Positions 1 to 8,565 of a DNA stretch of 56,722 bases are shown in pieces. A model generated the notes under the pieces. That model did no database searches, was not told the origin of the DNA, and saw nothing but the letters and a program-made list of their open reading frames with translations. The position numbers were made by a program, and so were the translations under genes. Position 1 is the first letter of the stretch; each line of letters opens with the position of its first letter. The DNA comes from Candidatus Micrarchaeia archaeon (GTDB taxonomy: Archaea; Micrarchaeota; Micrarchaeia; Anstonellales; Bilamarchaeaceae): NCBI GenBank assembly GCA_033853355.1, contig JAWOLP010000022.1, forward strand, positions 1 to 56,722. Reading direction: 5' to 3'.

Positions 1-68
1 GCCCTGGCCCGGATAGACGCGGCAGTGAGCGGTGGCGGATTGAAGAGAGCCGGGTGAAGAGGCCCTTT

Positions 69-443
69 TCAGGAGCTGTTGAGCGGGCAGCCGGTCGCGG
101 CGCTAAGATCCTGCATCGAAAGGACGCCCTCGTGCCTGCTGCCGTTCTGGAACTGCCACGTCGGATAAGTCGTTATCTTCGCGTCTATGCACGCCGGGGT
201 CTGCGCCGAGGCGTCGGGCGTGGAGCACTCCACGTAGGTGGCGTATTTCCAGCTCGAGCCGAACTCGGCCTTCTGGTCCTTGCAGTGAGGGCACCAGAAA
301 GCCCCGTACATCGTCACGTTGTGCGCGCTGAGGCACTTGGCGAACGAATCGTACTGGCCGGGCGCGTTCGAGAGTATCAGGTAGGCTGCTGCCACCACGA
401 CGATGAAAACGCCGGCGATTATCATGGTCTGGTTGTTTTTCAC
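69..443 (-). CDS. Membrane-anchored thioredoxin-fold thiol:disulfide oxidoreductase (CPHC site)
   Basis: 124-aa ORF. N-terminal TM helix (IIAGVFIVVVAAAYLIL), then a Trx-like module with the FWCPHCKDQK redox motif plus further Cys residues. The ATG lies about 27 nt from the TATA-like ATTTATAAAA at 466-475. Confidence 0.75.
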   Translation of the reverse strand: MKNNQTMIIAGVFIVVVAAAYLILSNAPGQYDSFAKCLSAHNVTMYGAFWCPHCKDQKAEFGSSWKYATYVECSTPDASAQTPACIDAKITTYPTWQFQNGSRHEGVLSMQDLSAATGCPLNSS

Positions 444-465
444 GAGGTTTTAATGGCAGGTTCGG

Positions 466-475
466 ATTTATAAAA
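466..475. promoter_or_regulatory. Shared near-palindromic TATA box for divergent leaderless genes (ATGs at 443 and 494)
   Basis: ATTTATAAAA is centred about 27 nt from the minus-strand ATG (443) and about 24 nt from the plus-strand ATG (494). The same spacing recurs at many genes in this window. Confidence 0.6.
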
Positions 476-493
476 CTTGCCCAGGGAGGGGCT

Positions 494-1366
494 ATGCTTT
501 CCGTCAGTAGGCTGCCCCGGCCGATGTTGTCGCTGAAAGTGATAACATATATAAAATCTGCCCGGCTAATCATATTCCGGATGTCGTTTTTCAAGAAAGC
601 CCCCAGGCTGATGGATATCGAGGAGCGCCCGCTCGGGATGCAGAAGCGGCGGGGGGTGGGTTTCCTCCTTCCCCACACCAGGGACCATCTTGCCCTCATG
701 CCGCTCGTATCAGGGATCTCCAAGGGCCTGCGTGCGAAGGGGATCGCGGCCGAGACGCATTCGGTCGAGGACATGAGGGGCCAGGTGATCTCGCTCTCGG
801 TCCGGCTGTCGGCTATCAAGTTCCGGAAAAAGGAGAGGGGGGCGCTGGAGACCCTCTTCGAGCTGCGGGATGCGCTGGTGAGGCTGATGCTCGCCTGCAG
901 CATCCTGGCCGTGAATCCAGGGGGGAACCTGGTGGAGCTCCAGACCCTGGGGCGCGATTACCGGCTCGGAGACCGGTTCGCCGCCGCGAGCGGCTACTTC
1001 CGGCTGCCTCAGACACGCGTCCTGCATGCGAAGGCGTACCTGGCGACCTTCGAGGAGCCGATCGGCCGCGGGATCCGCCTGCTCGGCGCTGCGGGCGGCG
1101 ACGAGCGGCTGTCGAAGGCAGCGCGGATATTCTCGCTCGAGGAGTCCAGGGTCCGCCCAGAGGCCGGCGAGGGCCTGGGATTCCTCTCGCGCAACCTGTC
1201 GAGGGCGGCCCTTATCAGCATCCCCGCGCCCTGCTTCGACAACCCATACGAGGAGAGGGAGAGGTACCACTTCACCGAGTTCGAGAGGGAGTATGGGGAA
1301 GGGATGGCGGCGGCGAACACGCTCGGGGACGAGGATATAAAAGCGATCCTCGCCGCGCTCTCATAG
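494..1366 (+). CDS. Hypothetical protein
   Basis: Longest ORF in the interval (290 aa). Its composition is balanced, whereas the overlapping frames are R/P/G-rich. The ATG sits at leaderless distance from the TATA at 466-475. I recognise no motif. Alternative start M30 (581). Confidence 0.5.
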   Translation: MLSVSRLPRPMLSLKVITYIKSARLIIFRMSFFKKAPRLMDIEERPLGMQKRRGVGFLLPHTRDHLALMPLVSGISKGLRAKGIAAETHSVEDMRGQVISLSVRLSAIKFRKKERGALETLFELRDALVRLMLACSILAVNPGGNLVELQTLGRDYRLGDRFAAASGYFRLPQTRVLHAKAYLATFEEPIGRGIRLLGAAGGDERLSKAARIFSLEESRVRPEAGEGLGFLSRNLSRAALISIPAPCFDNPYEERERYHFTEFEREYGEGMAAANTLGDEDIKAILAALS

Positions 1367-1368
1367 GC

Positions 1369-2112
1369 TCAGCGCATCCAGTTCCATTCCCTGGAGTTGT
1401 ACCTGCCGGCGGCGAGGGCCGTGGCGCGCGCCGTCTCGGCCGCGGTAGGAGGGGCCTCGTAGCGCTCCTTCCCTTCCATGAAACCCTCGACGAGCGCGCG
1501 GTAGAGCGAGTCCCGGCTGGCGCCGCTGAGGGCGCTGACTGATGTCACCCGGTCCTTGGCCGCCGAGATCATCTTGTCCTTTATCTTCTCGTCCGAGACC
1601 TTCAGGAGCGAGAACATCCGCTCCACGTCGACCGAATAGAGGACGGTGCCGTGCTGGAGGAGGGTCCCGCCCCGCCTGGTCTGGGCGTTGCCGGATATCT
1701 TCCTGCCGCCAGCGACTATGTCGTTGATGGGCTTGAAGCCCGATTCGATGCCGAGGAGCGAGAGGGAGCGGATGATCCAGCCGCATATCTCGCGGTAGGA
1801 CGAGAGGATGTCCTTGGAGAACATGCGCTCCGGGGCGATGACGCTGTAGGTGATCTCGCCCGCGGTGTCGTGGTAGACGGCCCCCCCGCCGGTCCTCCTG
1901 CGGACGACAGAGACCCCTTCCATCCTGCACCGCTCGACGTCTACTTCCTTCTCCAGGCTCTGGAAATACCCTATCGATACGGCAGAGGGCCGCCAGCCGT
2001 AGAAGCGTATGGTCGGCGGGCCTCCGGCGGATACGCTCTCGCTGATGGCCTCATCCAGGGCCATGTTCGATGCCGCGTCGCCCTCCGAGTAGCCGATGAG
2101 CCGCCATCTCAT
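1369..2112 (-). CDS. lplA: Lipoate-protein ligase A, catalytic subunit
   Basis: 247 aa with BPL/LplA/LipB catalytic-domain signatures (RFYGWRPSAVSIGYFQ, VVRRRTGGGAVYHD, KISGNAQ). 4-nt ATGA overlap with the upstream accessory-domain ORF. Confidence 0.88.
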   Translation of the reverse strand: MRWRLIGYSEGDAASNMALDEAISESVSAGGPPTIRFYGWRPSAVSIGYFQSLEKEVDVERCRMEGVSVVRRRTGGGAVYHDTAGEITYSVIAPERMFSKDILSSYREICGWIIRSLSLLGIESGFKPINDIVAGGRKISGNAQTRRGGTLLQHGTVLYSVDVERMFSLLKVSDEKIKDKMISAAKDRVTSVSALSGASRDSLYRALVEGFMEGKERYEAPPTAAETARATALAAGRYNSREWNWMR

Positions 2113-2381
2113 CCGACCGCCTTCCTGAACATCCGGGCGAGGTCTTCCGGGGCCACGCCGATGAGGACCGCCCCCCGGGCGGCTTCCCTGAGCCTTTCCG
2201 CGACGGCGCCTTCAGCGGCCGAAAGCGGAAGGCCGCGGAGGGATCCCTCGAGGTCGGTTATCCGCTCCTCGGGGTGGAGGAAGAAATCTCCGGTGATGCT
2301 GGCGCGGCTGACTTTCCCGCCCTCTTCCCAGAGCTCGATGCAGACGAGCTTCCCGCCCGGCACCTTCTCCTCGCACCTCAT
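2109..2381 (-). CDS. lplB: Lipoate-protein ligase accessory (C-terminal domain) subunit, LplB-like
   Basis: 90 aa resembling the C-terminal domain of single-chain LplA (KLVCIEL..., ITGDFFLHPEE). Translationally coupled to lplA. TATA-like GGATAAATCC about 27 nt upstream of the ATG. Confidence 0.7.
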   Translation of the reverse strand: MRCEEKVPGGKLVCIELWEEGGKVSRASITGDFFLHPEERITDLEGSLRGLPLSAAEGAVAERLREAARGAVLIGVAPEDLARMFRKAVG

Positions 2382-2420
2382 GGGAGGGATAGGAGCGGCA
2401 AAGGATTTATCCCTGCCGAT

Positions 2421-3575
2421 TCAGCGTATCACGCTCCTTCCGAAGGCGACGAAGAGCGCGACGGAGGCGGCCAGGAAGGCGAACGGCGCCTCGTAGCCGT
2501 AGGCTGAGATGACCAGCCCCCCTAATGAGAGGAAGAGGAACTCACCGATACGCAACGGGACGTAGAGCACACCGATCTCGGTGGAGACGTCCCTGCTCCG
2601 GTACACCTGGTCCACCAGGATGTATTCGGCGACGATATTGCTGCAACCGGTCCCGAAGGCCAGGAGGACGAGGAGTGGCAGGACATCGGAGCCGGCGAGC
2701 GGGAAGAGGGCCAGCGCCGGGACCGCTGCGAGCGAAAGGGCGATGAGCGTCCTCTTGCTTATGTCGAGCCTCATGAGGGCGATCGAGGTGACCGCGGTGG
2801 CGAGCGAGAGCAGCGCCATCATGAGCCCGGTCTGCTCGTACTGGAAGCCGAGGGCGGCGGTGAGGTAGACCGGCAGGAGGAACTGGGTCATCATGTTGTA
2901 TGCAAGCCAGATGAGCATCTGGAGGAAGGCAGAATACCAGAAAGTCCTTGGCCGGCTCTTGAAGACCCTGGCCAGCTCGGAACGGTTCAGCGGGCGATGG
3001 CCGTCTTCCCACCTCACCTTGGGCAGGACGATCGCCGCCATCGCGAGCGAGAGGGCGAGCAGGAATCCGAAGGCCCCGATGAACGAGAGCGCGGCGATGA
3101 CGAAGCCTATGGCGAGCCGCGCGAGGCCGTCCGCCAGCTGGCGGTAGTTGGAGAAGCGGGTGAGGATCTCCCTGGCGTCTCCCCCTCCTTTCCTGGCGAT
3201 GACTTCGGTGCGCACGACCGCCCAGAAGGCCGAGGAGCGGACGCCCTCCAGGAGCACGCCGATCGCGAAGAGGAGCGGGGATCCGCTGACCATGTAGACG
3301 GCTATGGCGAGGGCGGTCATCGCGGCATAGACGCCAACCACGCGGCCGGTGCCTTCCTCGTCCGCGATGCAGGCGAACACGATGCGGAGCACCATGAAGG
3401 TGAGCGGGCCCACCGCGAGGATGAGCCCGATGCTGCCCACGTCGATGCGCTTCTGGACCAGGTACAGCGGCACGGCCACCGAGAGCGCTGAGACTATGAA
3501 CGTGTAGAGGACGTTGACGGAGATGAGCCTGCGCATCGCCGCCTCATGCCCGCCCGAAGCTCCGCTCGTCTCCAT
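2421..3575 (-). CDS. MFS-type transporter
   Basis: 384 aa, about 12 hydrophobic helices in a 6+6 layout with a charged central loop. No substrate call is possible. Confidence 0.7.
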   Translation of the reverse strand: METSGASGGHEAAMRRLISVNVLYTFIVSALSVAVPLYLVQKRIDVGSIGLILAVGPLTFMVLRIVFACIADEEGTGRVVGVYAAMTALAIAVYMVSGSPLLFAIGVLLEGVRSSAFWAVVRTEVIARKGGGDAREILTRFSNYRQLADGLARLAIGFVIAALSFIGAFGFLLALSLAMAAIVLPKVRWEDGHRPLNRSELARVFKSRPRTFWYSAFLQMLIWLAYNMMTQFLLPVYLTAALGFQYEQTGLMMALLSLATAVTSIALMRLDISKRTLIALSLAAVPALALFPLAGSDVLPLLVLLAFGTGCSNIVAEYILVDQVYRSRDVSTEIGVLYVPLRIGEFLFLSLGGLVISAYGYEAPFAFLAASVALFVAFGRSVIR

Positions 3576-3668
3576 CCCTTTCGACCTTGGCTAGCCCCCT
3601 TTCTGGGGCCTGGGGTGCTGATATGTGCGCGGGATGGATTAAAATAGTTGTATCGGAAAAGGGATGCG

Positions 3669-4487
3669 ATGGAAGTCCTTATCTCCGGCAAGGCATTCCC
3701 GGTCAGCAGGGCGTACACGTCCAACAGGAACGCCGTGGCCAAGCTCAGGGACGGGGTCATAATGATCTCCCTCCCATCCAGATGGCCGGCGCAGGAGAAG
3801 GACCGCGTCGCTGGGAACCTGCTCCGGAGGGCCGTGAAGGCTATCGAGAGCGGCAGATGGAGGCACGATGGCGGGAAGGTGGGCTTCAGCCACGGCACCA
3901 CCGTAGCCGCCATGGGCAGGGAGTTCGTGATAGAGATCGCGCGATCCGCGCGCTTCTCGAGCAGGTTCGACGGAAGGACCATCCTGGTGATGGCGGACAT
4001 GTCGCATCCCGAGGCACGGGGGAGGATCGCCGCGATCGCGAGGAAGCGGATCGTGGCTGAGGTCATGCCTGCCCTGGAGGAGCGCGTCCGCTCCCTCAAC
4101 GACCTCCACTTCGGCTCGCGCATCTCGTCGCTTTCCGTGCGCGACACTTCGAGCAGATGGGGGAGCTGCTCCAGGGAGGGCGACATCAGCCTGAGCTTCA
4201 GGCTGCTGTTCATGCCCCAGGAGATCCTCGATTACGTGATAATCCACGAGCTGGCGCACACGAGGTACCGCAGCCATGGGAAGAGGTTCTGGGAACTCGT
4301 CGGAAGGGCGGTGCCGGACCACAAGGAGCGCCGGAGATGGCTCCGCGAGAACGGCATGGACTACCCGAAGGCCTTGCGGCCGGACGAAGGCGCTCCGGCG
4401 GTGGGCGGGATCCCGGGCGAAGCCGGGAGAGACAAGGGGTCGCGAGGGCAGATGATCATCACGGAATTCGTCGAGGAGCCTTATTGA
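3669..4487 (+). CDS. YgjP/DUF45-type (M48-like) metal-dependent hydrolase
   Basis: C-terminal IIHELAHTRYRSHGKRFW zinc motif typical of this family. The track ORF starts at TTG 3648, but ATG 3669 lies about 26 nt after the TATA-like ATTAAAATAG. Confidence 0.75.
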   Translation: MEVLISGKAFPVSRAYTSNRNAVAKLRDGVIMISLPSRWPAQEKDRVAGNLLRRAVKAIESGRWRHDGGKVGFSHGTTVAAMGREFVIEIARSARFSSRFDGRTILVMADMSHPEARGRIAAIARKRIVAEVMPALEERVRSLNDLHFGSRISSLSVRDTSSRWGSCSREGDISLSFRLLFMPQEILDYVIIHELAHTRYRSHGKRFWELVGRAVPDHKERRRWLRENGMDYPKALRPDEGAPAVGGIPGEAGRDKGSRGQMIITEFVEEPY

Positions 4488-4498
4488 GGGGCGATGGC

Positions 4499-4789
4499 AT
4501 GGGATATCCAGAGGAGACGGTGACCACCGGCGCGAAAGGGAAGAGGGAGGCCCGCGTGGTCCGGAGCAGGGGCGACGATTTCATAGTCTATGGGTATGTG
4601 GACGTCGAGAGCGGGAAGGAGGAGGCCAAATACTCCATCCTGATGCGCAAAGGCCCTGACGAGCTGGAGCACATCATGATCGTGCCGACATCAGGAGGAA
4701 GGGAGCTGGTCGTGAAGCATGTCGTGGAGAAGAAGCCGCAGCCGAGATGGTTCTACGACCCGGAAGGGGAGAAGGTCGTGAAGTTCTGA
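4499..4789 (+). CDS. Hypothetical small protein (96 aa)
   Basis: Distal part of track ORF 4157..4789, starting at the first ATG after the hydrolase stop codon. The upstream part overlaps that gene out of frame and is R/G/P-rich. The retained part is K/E/V-rich and protein-like. Confidence 0.45.
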   Translation: MGYPEETVTTGAKGKREARVVRSRGDDFIVYGYVDVESGKEEAKYSILMRKGPDELEHIMIVPTSGGRELVVKHVVEKKPQPRWFYDPEGEKVVKF

Positions 4790-4792
4790 TAT

Positions 4793-5206
4793 TCATTCCC
4801 CGATGACCTTCACCAGCACCCGCTTGGGCCTCTGTCCGTCGAACTCGAAGTAGAATATCTGCTCCCACGGGCCACGGTCCAGCTTTCCGTCCGTCACCGC
4901 CATGACGACCTGGTGGCCAATGAGCTGGCGCCACATATGCGCGGCGGCGTTATCCTCTCCCGAATCGTTGTGCCGGTAATCACCACGGTAAGGGACCAGG
5001 CGCTCGAGCATGCGGAGGTAGTCGCCGTGCAGGCCTGTTTCGTCGTCGTTGACCACGACTGCCGCCGTGATGTGCATCGGATTGACGAGCACGAGGCCCT
5101 CCTTGACCCCGCTTTTCGAGACCGCTTCCGCCACCTTGTCCGTTATCCTGACTATCTCGATTTTTTTCGATGTCTTCATGGTGAGGTATTCAGTCAAGCC
5201 CTTCAA
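4793..5206 (-). CDS. yjbQ: YjbQ/UPF0047 family protein (secondary thiamine-phosphate synthase-like)
   Basis: Family signatures [20 protein letters not shown] and [13 protein letters not shown]. The start may be M10 (5179). Confidence 0.88.
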   Translation of the reverse strand: MKGLTEYLTMKTSKKIEIVRITDKVAEAVSKSGVKEGLVLVNPMHITAAVVVNDDETGLHGDYLRMLERLVPYRGDYRHNDSGEDNAAAHMWRQLIGHQVVMAVTDGKLDRGPWEQIFYFEFDGQRPKRVLVKVIGE

Positions 5207-5218
5207 GCCACCACCCCT

Positions 5219-6508
5219 TCATGACGGCTGCGGATAGGCGAAGCGTGCGATCGAGTCCCTCGCAGAGGCGAAATGCGAGGCCGCCGCGGCATGGTCTCCC
5301 GCCTCCATCGCGTCGACGGCCTTCCCGAGCGCCTCGAGGACAGGGCCGAGGTACATGTCCGGCTCCTTTCCGAGCTCGTCCAGGATGAATGTCGGCTTGT
5401 TCGCCATCACGAACAGCTTCAATGAATCGATATGCTCCCGCGCGCGGTCCTTGTTCCCGTCGCGGACGTTGCGGTAGATCGCCCGGAGACGGCCGAGCTG
5501 GTAATCGACGTTGAGGCCCACGGGCGGCTGGATGCCTTCCTCAGCCGTCTTTATGAGACGCTCCGCATCGCGGTTGTCCCTCCTTTTCACCCGGAACATG
5601 TCTGCCTGGGACCTGATGAACTCCAGTGCCGGGCCGCTGTGCTTCCTGAACCGGAGCATTTTCCTCATCTGGTCGAGCGCCTCGATCTTCGCCCGATCCG
5701 ATACGGAATAAGCATGGATAGCCTGCGGCATCTCCGAGAACCTCGAGAGCTGCGAGAAGAGCCAGCGGTCGCGCTCCAGCCGGAGGGCGCATTCCTTCTG
5801 GAGGTTGAATTCGACGATGCCGGCCACCTGGCGGTCCCTCCATGCGCTGAGCCTGTTCCTGATCGAGACCATCACCGCCAGCCCCCGTGAGAACTCCATA
5901 TCGCGCTGCCCGCCTTCGGGCAGCGAAGCGGCCTTGCGGAATTTCTCCGCGGCCCACGCGATCCGGCCCCTCGCGACCATCTTCTTCACCGCCACCTCTT
6001 TCCGGGCGAGCGCCTCATCGACGGCGCCGAGGGCCGCAAGCGCCGCTTCGATGTCGGCCTGGGCAATCCCGCGCTTCCTCTCTCCGAGGGCGAGGTTGGC
6101 TTCCGCGAGCTCGGCGAGCAGCGCATCGGTTTCGGCGATCTCGGACTGGTATCCTGAGCGGAGGTGCTTTATGGTCCGCACCGCGCTGATGATATGGGTG
6201 TCGAACCGCACAAGGGTCCGCGGCACGTCCCCGTCCTTCAGCCTGGCCTCGATCTCCTGCCAGCTCTGCCCTTTCAGCCTCTCGTGATCCTCTTTCTTGA
6301 ACCCCATGCGGACATACCATCGGTCGACGACGATATGGAACCCTTTCAGCGTCCGGCACGGCCTCTGGATCCCTTCCTCATCCGTGCCCATCGAGAGCGA
6401 GCCGCTCCTGCGGGAGCACCCCTCATGGAGGGTCTTGGCCTTCCCGAATTCCGTCTTCCGGAGGCCTGCCCTCGTAGCCGCCTCTTCTGCTAAAGCTGTG
6501 GATCGCAT
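5219..6508 (-). CDS. Hypothetical protein (429 aa, helical, charged)
   Basis: Long ORF with normal composition. TATA-like GGTTTTATAAC about 27 nt upstream of ATG 6508 (leaderless layout). No motif recognised. Confidence 0.6.
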   Translation of the reverse strand: MRSTALAEEAATRAGLRKTEFGKAKTLHEGCSRRSGSLSMGTDEEGIQRPCRTLKGFHIVVDRWYVRMGFKKEDHERLKGQSWQEIEARLKDGDVPRTLVRFDTHIISAVRTIKHLRSGYQSEIAETDALLAELAEANLALGERKRGIAQADIEAALAALGAVDEALARKEVAVKKMVARGRIAWAAEKFRKAASLPEGGQRDMEFSRGLAVMVSIRNRLSAWRDRQVAGIVEFNLQKECALRLERDRWLFSQLSRFSEMPQAIHAYSVSDRAKIEALDQMRKMLRFRKHSGPALEFIRSQADMFRVKRRDNRDAERLIKTAEEGIQPPVGLNVDYQLGRLRAIYRNVRDGNKDRAREHIDSLKLFVMANKPTFILDELGKEPDMYLGPVLEALGKAVDAMEAGDHAAAASHFASARDSIARFAYPQPS

Positions 6509-6684
6509 GCCCAGTATCCTCAGGCGGAGTTATAAAACCGCTCAGTCCGTGCTTCTGGAAGCGCTGGCGGAGGAAGGCGGCGCGTGGTACCCACAGGGAA
6601 AATTGAAAGGGATATGGCTGCCCACAAAAAATTTCTGCGAAAAAATATATATGAACAGCCGGCAGGCGTTATCCGGGGGATGAG

Positions 6685-7047
6685 ATGAGCAAGCTTGGAC
6701 CCGGGACCGCCCTGGAAGCGATACATAACCTATCCCCGCACCTGGGGATGGTCTCGGCCAAGCTTGCCTCATTCTTCAAGCCCAGGGAGATGGAGCCTGA
6801 GGATCGCCTGGCCATATACGTAAAGCTCCGCGCAGTGAGAAGGGAGATAAGCCGCATGAGCGGAGGGAGCCGGGACTGCAGGGAGGATGGAACGGATGAA
6901 AGGGCAACTTTCGGCGGAGATGCTGATAATGATAGTGGTGATACTGGCGATCGTCGGGATAGCCGCGTCCCAGCTTCTTGGGACCGCAAAGGAGACTGGC
7001 GCCAGCATAGACAACCAGACAGAGAGGATAAACAGGCTGGCGGCTGA
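6685..7047 (+). CDS. Possible small protein; 3' extent uncertain
   Basis: The ATG lies about 35 nt after TATA-like AAAAATATATATG (about 6640-6650). The first 65-70 aa look protein-like. The last 160 nt overlap the pilin-like gene in another frame and become R/D/G-rich. Confidence 0.3.
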   Translation: MSKLGPGTALEAIHNLSPHLGMVSAKLASFFKPREMEPEDRLAIYVKLRAVRREISRMSGGSRDCREDGTDERATFGGDADNDSGDTGDRRDSRVPASWDRKGDWRQHRQPDREDKQAGG

Positions 7048-7138
7048 ATCCATGAAGAGCGACGCCGGAGAAGCATGCGTCGATGACAGCGACTGCCTGA
7101 GCGGCCTCTCATGCGACGAAGAATTCGTCTGCGGATGA
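6896..7138 (+). CDS. Archaeal type IV pilin-like protein (class III signal peptide) with small Cys-rich tail
   Basis: MKGQLSAEMLIMIVVILAIVGIAA has a K-G/Q cleavage motif with Glu at +5 and a hydrophobic helix, as in prepilin-peptidase substrates. C-terminal CVDDSDCLSGLSCDEEFVCG carries 4 Cys. The track ORF starts 3 codons earlier (6887). Confidence 0.65.
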   Translation: MKGQLSAEMLIMIVVILAIVGIAASQLLGTAKETGASIDNQTERINRLAAESMKSDAGEACVDDSDCLSGLSCDEEFVCG

Positions 7139-7188
7139 TATCTGGACAACCTGGATGAGAATGAGGATAGATCATTTTTCCAGAATCT

Positions 7189-7427
7189 GCGCCTAGGAGG
7201 GGAGAGCATCGCTTCCAAGCGCCTCTGCCCTGGCCGTGCTCTCTTGCGCCCTCTAGGTTCGGGCGGGGCTGGGCTCACCGCCTTTTACGGCGACTCGCCA
7301 AAACCCGACAGCCGACAAACCTCTGCTGGCAAGCGGAGACGGGGCAGGCCCAGTATGGGATTACGCCCGCAGTCGGAACCGTTGCCACCGGCATACGTTC
7401 GCCGCCGCACCCGAAAAACCCAGGCGC
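7189..7427 (-). ncRNA. Probable signal recognition particle RNA (7S/SRP RNA), compact (about 239 nt)
   Basis: On the minus strand, the 5' GCGCCUGGG pairs with the 3' CCUAGGCGC (9 bp, one G-U). Alu-domain-like UGCC-GGUG-GCA hairpin and GCGUAAUCCCAUACUGGG (compare the UGUAAUCCCAG motif). Helix-8-like GGGC-GCAA-GAGAGCACGG (GNRA loop followed by GAGCA). TATA at 7449-7458, about 26 nt upstream of the 5' end. Ends are approximate. Confidence 0.55.
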
Positions 7428-7448
7428 AATAAAGAACCCTCTTTTTCC

Positions 7449-7458
7449 ATATTTAAAC
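7449..7458 (-). promoter_or_regulatory. TATA box for the putative SRP RNA
   Basis: GTTTAAATAT (minus strand), centred about 26 nt upstream of position 7427. Confidence 0.5.
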
Positions 7459-7530
7459 ATTTCCTCCGGAAATATGACGGATGTCTAATTTGATCGAGTA
7501 TTTTAAGTCTTTTTCACCAATTCCCCAGCG

Positions 7531-8529
7531 ATGTACCTAGAGATTGCCCTGGCCGTAATCGGGCTTTACCTGATACTCAAAGGCTCCGAATGGGTCACCG
7601 ACGCGGCCGTGCCGCTGGCGTCCTTCCTCAACACCACGTACATCGCCATAGGGCTTGTCCTCGTATCCGTCCTCCTTAGCCTTCCGGAGCTGATCGTCGC
7701 GCTCTCCGCCACGGCCAAGGGGCACACGGACTTCTCGGTCGGCGCCATCATCGGATCCATCACAGTGAACCTGGGGCTGATCATCGGCATCGCCGCCATG
7801 ATCCGGCCTCTCAAGATACCCCGCCACCTGATCACCCGCGACGCCGTCTTCATGCTGATAGCGACGATAGTCGTCACGCTCATGGTGATGGAGGACCTGA
7901 GGGTGACCCAGCGGGACGGCATCGTATTCCTCCTGCTCTTCGTGCCGTATCTGGTGAACCTCTACGAGCAGGAGAAGGCGCTGGCCAAGAAAGAGAAGAA
8001 GAAGGAATCGGAGATGATAGCGAAGACGCTTCAGTTCGTCGGGAAGATAGGCGGCGCCGAGATAGTCATCCACGACAGCAGGATCATATTCGTCGGAGGC
8101 ATCGCGATGCTGATAGGCGGCGCCGAGCTGTTCACCACCTCAGCGATCGGCCTGGCGGCCTCCTTCGGCATCCCGGACCTCCTCCTAGGCCTGACCCTGG
8201 GCGCTCTCGGGCCGAGCATCGCCAACCTCGCTGCGGCGATCCAGGCCGTGAAGAGGAACTACGACGAGCTCGCGGTATCCGAGACGATAGGGGCGAACAT
8301 ATTCACCCTTCTGATAACCCTCGGCACGGTCGCCGTCGTCCAGCCGTTCACGATCGACTCCGCGACCGCCGCGGTCACCGCCCCGGCGCTCCTCATCGTC
8401 ACAGGCGTCTTCTTCGTCTTCGCGATGAGGGGGGTCATAACGAGGAACGAGGGGGTCGTCCTTTTGGGCCTCTATATCCTGGCGAACGCCGCCGAGATAG
8501 CGTTCAGGCTCGGCATCCTCAGGCTCTGA
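7531..8529 (+). CDS. Na+/Ca2+ exchanger family (CaCA, YrbG/NCX_Mj-like) membrane protein
   Basis: 332 aa. Two homologous 5-TM halves (LKGSEWVTD...LPELIVALSA and GGAELFTT...GPSIANLAAAI) separated by a K/E-rich loop. TATA-like TATTTTAAG about 27 nt upstream. Confidence 0.88.
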   Translation: MYLEIALAVIGLYLILKGSEWVTDAAVPLASFLNTTYIAIGLVLVSVLLSLPELIVALSATAKGHTDFSVGAIIGSITVNLGLIIGIAAMIRPLKIPRHLITRDAVFMLIATIVVTLMVMEDLRVTQRDGIVFLLLFVPYLVNLYEQEKALAKKEKKKESEMIAKTLQFVGKIGGAEIVIHDSRIIFVGGIAMLIGGAELFTTSAIGLAASFGIPDLLLGLTLGALGPSIANLAAAIQAVKRNYDELAVSETIGANIFTLLITLGTVAVVQPFTIDSATAAVTAPALLIVTGVFFVFAMRGVITRNEGVVLLGLYILANAAEIAFRLGILRL

Positions 8530-8565
8530 TGGCGCCCCTGGCAATGGGAACCCAACTGAGGGGGG

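Noticed and set aside
7275-7460. 61-aa Cys-rich minus-strand ORF (and 62-aa plus-strand ORF 7244..7432)
   Set aside because: Its ATG lies inside the TATA box. The region folds as an SRP-RNA-like molecule with paired ends, so ncRNA is the better explanation.
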